Below, piece by piece: positions 60,890-64,000 of a stretch of 64,000 nt of DNA. The stretch is from the NCBI RefSeq assembly GCF_009914755.1, contig NC_060930.1, one strand, 5' to 3'. A program made the translations under genes and the position numbers. This stretch comes from the human T2T-CHM13v2.0 reference genome, Homo sapiens. Positions within the stretch are counted from its first letter, which is position 1, and each line of letters begins with the position of its first letter. Below the pieces are notes generated by a model, which was given only the letters and a program-made list of their open reading frames with translations, ran no database searches and had not been told where the DNA came from.

Positions 60890-61460
60890 AATATTGTTTG
60901 CAAAAGTATACTTTACCCAATTGTTGTAAAGGTTAAGAGAAAAAAAAGTTTCTTAATTCTGGAAAGCATAACGTAAAAAACAATCAGCAATGTTTCAAAC
61001 AAAAAAGTTATTAAAAATAATTTTATGGGCCTTTAGCAATTTACGAGTCTAGCAATTTTATGAGTCTTTTTTTTTTTTTTTCCCAGATGAGTTCTGGAAA
61101 TTTTTTCCCAGTCCAATGATACAATCTCAGAGTTGTCAGAAACCTGTATTTATCAGAGTTACTTTCATTCTTTCCATGAACCTCCCTGAAGATACAACAC
61201 TTTAGGATTTGCAAATGGTTTTCAGGAAAAAAAAAAGGCATCAGAATAAAGCAATTAACTGTAAAATGGCAATAGCTAATGATGCAATTGGCAAGGAAAT
61301 TTGGTTATTTTCAGGGGCCTACAATTTAATATAATAGCCCTAATTGTGACATAACATATATCAAAACACATCAGATTTTTAGGAAGCTCATACAATTTTG
61401 GAACACATATGTCAATAACATTTCCATATAACTTTCCTAAAAGGTTACAAATCATTTCTT

Positions 61461-61869
<409 letters not shown>

Positions 61870-62689
61870 TCAAAAAGACTTAATTTTGATTTTGCACTTT
61901 GAGTTTTGGTAAGCATGTCAAATATTTCAAAGGTTTAGCACACTTGATCAAAATAGGAAAGGTTTAAAACTCTTGATTGATATAGGAACATGGATCACTG
62001 TGAAGTAATAGGCATTCATTTAACCAAAGTGATAATTAAAAGGTTTCAAAAAGCAAAATTCTTTTCTCTTTGATAGAGAAGATACTCAGTTTTCCAAATA
62101 AGCAAAGAACTTAATAAAGACAGCATGAGGCTCACAGATCTGTTTGTCTCTCTCTCTCTTTCTCACCCTCCCCCCTTTTTTTGCAGTTTACTCCAAAGGT
62201 GAATAAAAATCTTTTTTTTTTAAATCAATGCTACATGAAATTTTGTTTAAAAGAGAAAACCAAATTCTAGTTTTGTATTAGTGTACTTTTAATACTAAAG
62301 CTAGTTTTAATAAAGCCTTATAAGCCAGTCCATCTAATCTCTGTCAGCACTGACCACACAAAATAAAATTTCCATAAACTTTCATAATCTCTTACAATTT
62401 TTTAATTATCTTCCTTTCCCCACTGTTTAAGTCCACTTAGTTTTATCTATACCATTTTTCCTTCATTCATTTATTCTGAAAAAACCTTTAAATAATCTCT
62501 AAACTATTCAAAAATCATTCTCTTTCTCAATAAAACACATCCTCATACTTTATAAAATCTTACTTTCCTTTAACACTCTGTATACATTGTTTCCTATATC
62601 TAGTAATTTTAACTCTATTTCATTTATAATTTTAACTCTTAGCAACCCCAATTTTCGGTGAAAAACCTTGGAAGTAAGAAATTTTGAAC

Positions 62690-63495
62690 AACAACAATAA
62701 GAAAATAAAAAGATAATTCATAGGCTGAGAGAAAATATCTGTAAATCATATATACCTGATAGAGGACTTGTATCCAGAATATACATGAGACACTCTCAAC
62801 ACTCAACAATGAAATTTTTAAAAAGGTAAAAGATCTGAATAGATACTTTATCAAAGGAAATAACTGAATGGCTAATAAGCACATGAAAAGATACTCAACA
62901 CCATGAGTCATTAGGAGAACGCTTGTTTACACTACAATGAGATACAACTACATACCTATTAATATGGCTAAAATTAAAAAGAATGACCATATTGAGTGGT
63001 TGTGAGGATGTAGAGGAACTGGAAATCTTATAAATGGGAATGTAAAATGGTACAACCATTTTGGAAAATAGTTAGATAGCTTCTTAAAATGTTAAACCTA
63101 CACCTACCACAGGCTCACAGTCATTTTCCCCTTGTTACCCAAGGTAAAAGAAAGCATATGTTTATAAAAGATGTGTACATGAAAGTTCATAGCAACTTAA
63201 CTTGAAATATTCAAAATATCTATCAACTGGGGAATGGATAAACAAATTGTGGTCTATGCATACAATGAATTACTACTCAGCAATAAAAGGGAGTAAACCA
63301 TTGACCCACACATCAACACCATCAACACTGGCAAATACCAAAATAATTAGCTAATTGAAAAACCCAGTTGAAAAATAGTACATACTGCATGATTCCATTT
63401 ACAAAAAACTATTTAAAAATGCAAACTAATCTATAGTGACAGAAAGCAGATAAGCAGTTGCTTCAGAATGAAGAGGGGGATTACAAGACCTGTAA
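62690..63495 (+). mobile_element. L1M (MC/MD/ME-like) 3' end
   Basis: GGACTTGTATCCAGAATATA, TGCAAACTAATCTATAGTGACAGAAAGCAGAT. Confidence 0.8.
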
Positions 63496-64000
63496 GGCGA
63501 CTTCCTTCTACTCTTATATTTTGTGGCAGGGCCTAAGAATTAAACTGACATAAGACAAATTGAGAGGAGAAAAAGCATACAGATTTTATTTAATATTTTT
63601 ACATGCAAGCAGAATCTTCAGAAGGAAAATGAGGACCCAAAGAAGCCATTAGACCCAAAAGTTTATGTACCTTTTTACAAAAAGAACAATAAATTGTAGG
63701 TATGTGACAAGACAGAGGGGTTTGGACTAGGAACAGTGAATTGTAGAACAGTGACTAGAAAATATACGGAGGAAACTAATGGAAGATAAGGGTTATTTTG
63801 TAGGTTTGTTTGTATAGGTCCATTTCAACTCTCCCAATCTCTGGTGATAAGAATGTTCTTTTCCTGGTACAGGGAGGGTACCTTTTTCATGGGAAATTTT
63901 GTAACCTTTTAGGTAGAAAAGGGATGGTCAGAAAGCCCTTCCTGCATCTGTTGTTTCTCAAGGGCGTTCAGCTAAACTAGTCAATATGTTCAAGTAGCAT
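63496..64000 (-). mobile_element. MER34-family ERV1 LTR, runs off the window
   Basis: AATTAAACTGACATAAGACA...GGAGAAAAAGCATACAG; CCCTTCCTGCATCTGTTGTTTCTCAAG. Confidence 0.65.

Overview
Primate (catarrhine, probably human/ape) non-coding DNA, mostly interspersed repeats. I found no host protein-coding exon, RNA gene, CRISPR array or CpG island. Every long ORF is a decayed LINE-1 ORF1/ORF2 piece or an Alu/microsatellite artefact. Contents: two full-length L1PA elements in opposite orientation (15001-21153 minus; 48336-54474 plus), an internally deleted L1PA8A/10-like element, older L1PA16/L1MB/L1M pieces, two MER4-group ERV1 remnants (MER41-like, MER39-like), MaLR LTRs, Alus, MIR/L2/L3 and hAT/Tigger transposons, heavily nested. 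Subfamily names come from recalled consensus sequences, not a RepeatMasker run. The interest is architectural. (1) A 13.4-kb ERV+L1 block appears to sit inside one L1-type target-site duplication (TSD) and starts at the ERV R region, suggesting an ERV transcript copied by L1 machinery. (2) An Alu 3' end is fused to the 5' end of a full-length L1 within one TSD. (3) One L1 is an old-3'/young-5' chimera. (4) Several short insertions were copied from DNA 0.7-6.5 kb away or by fold-back (DNA-repair scars). I do not see a new protein-encoding system.
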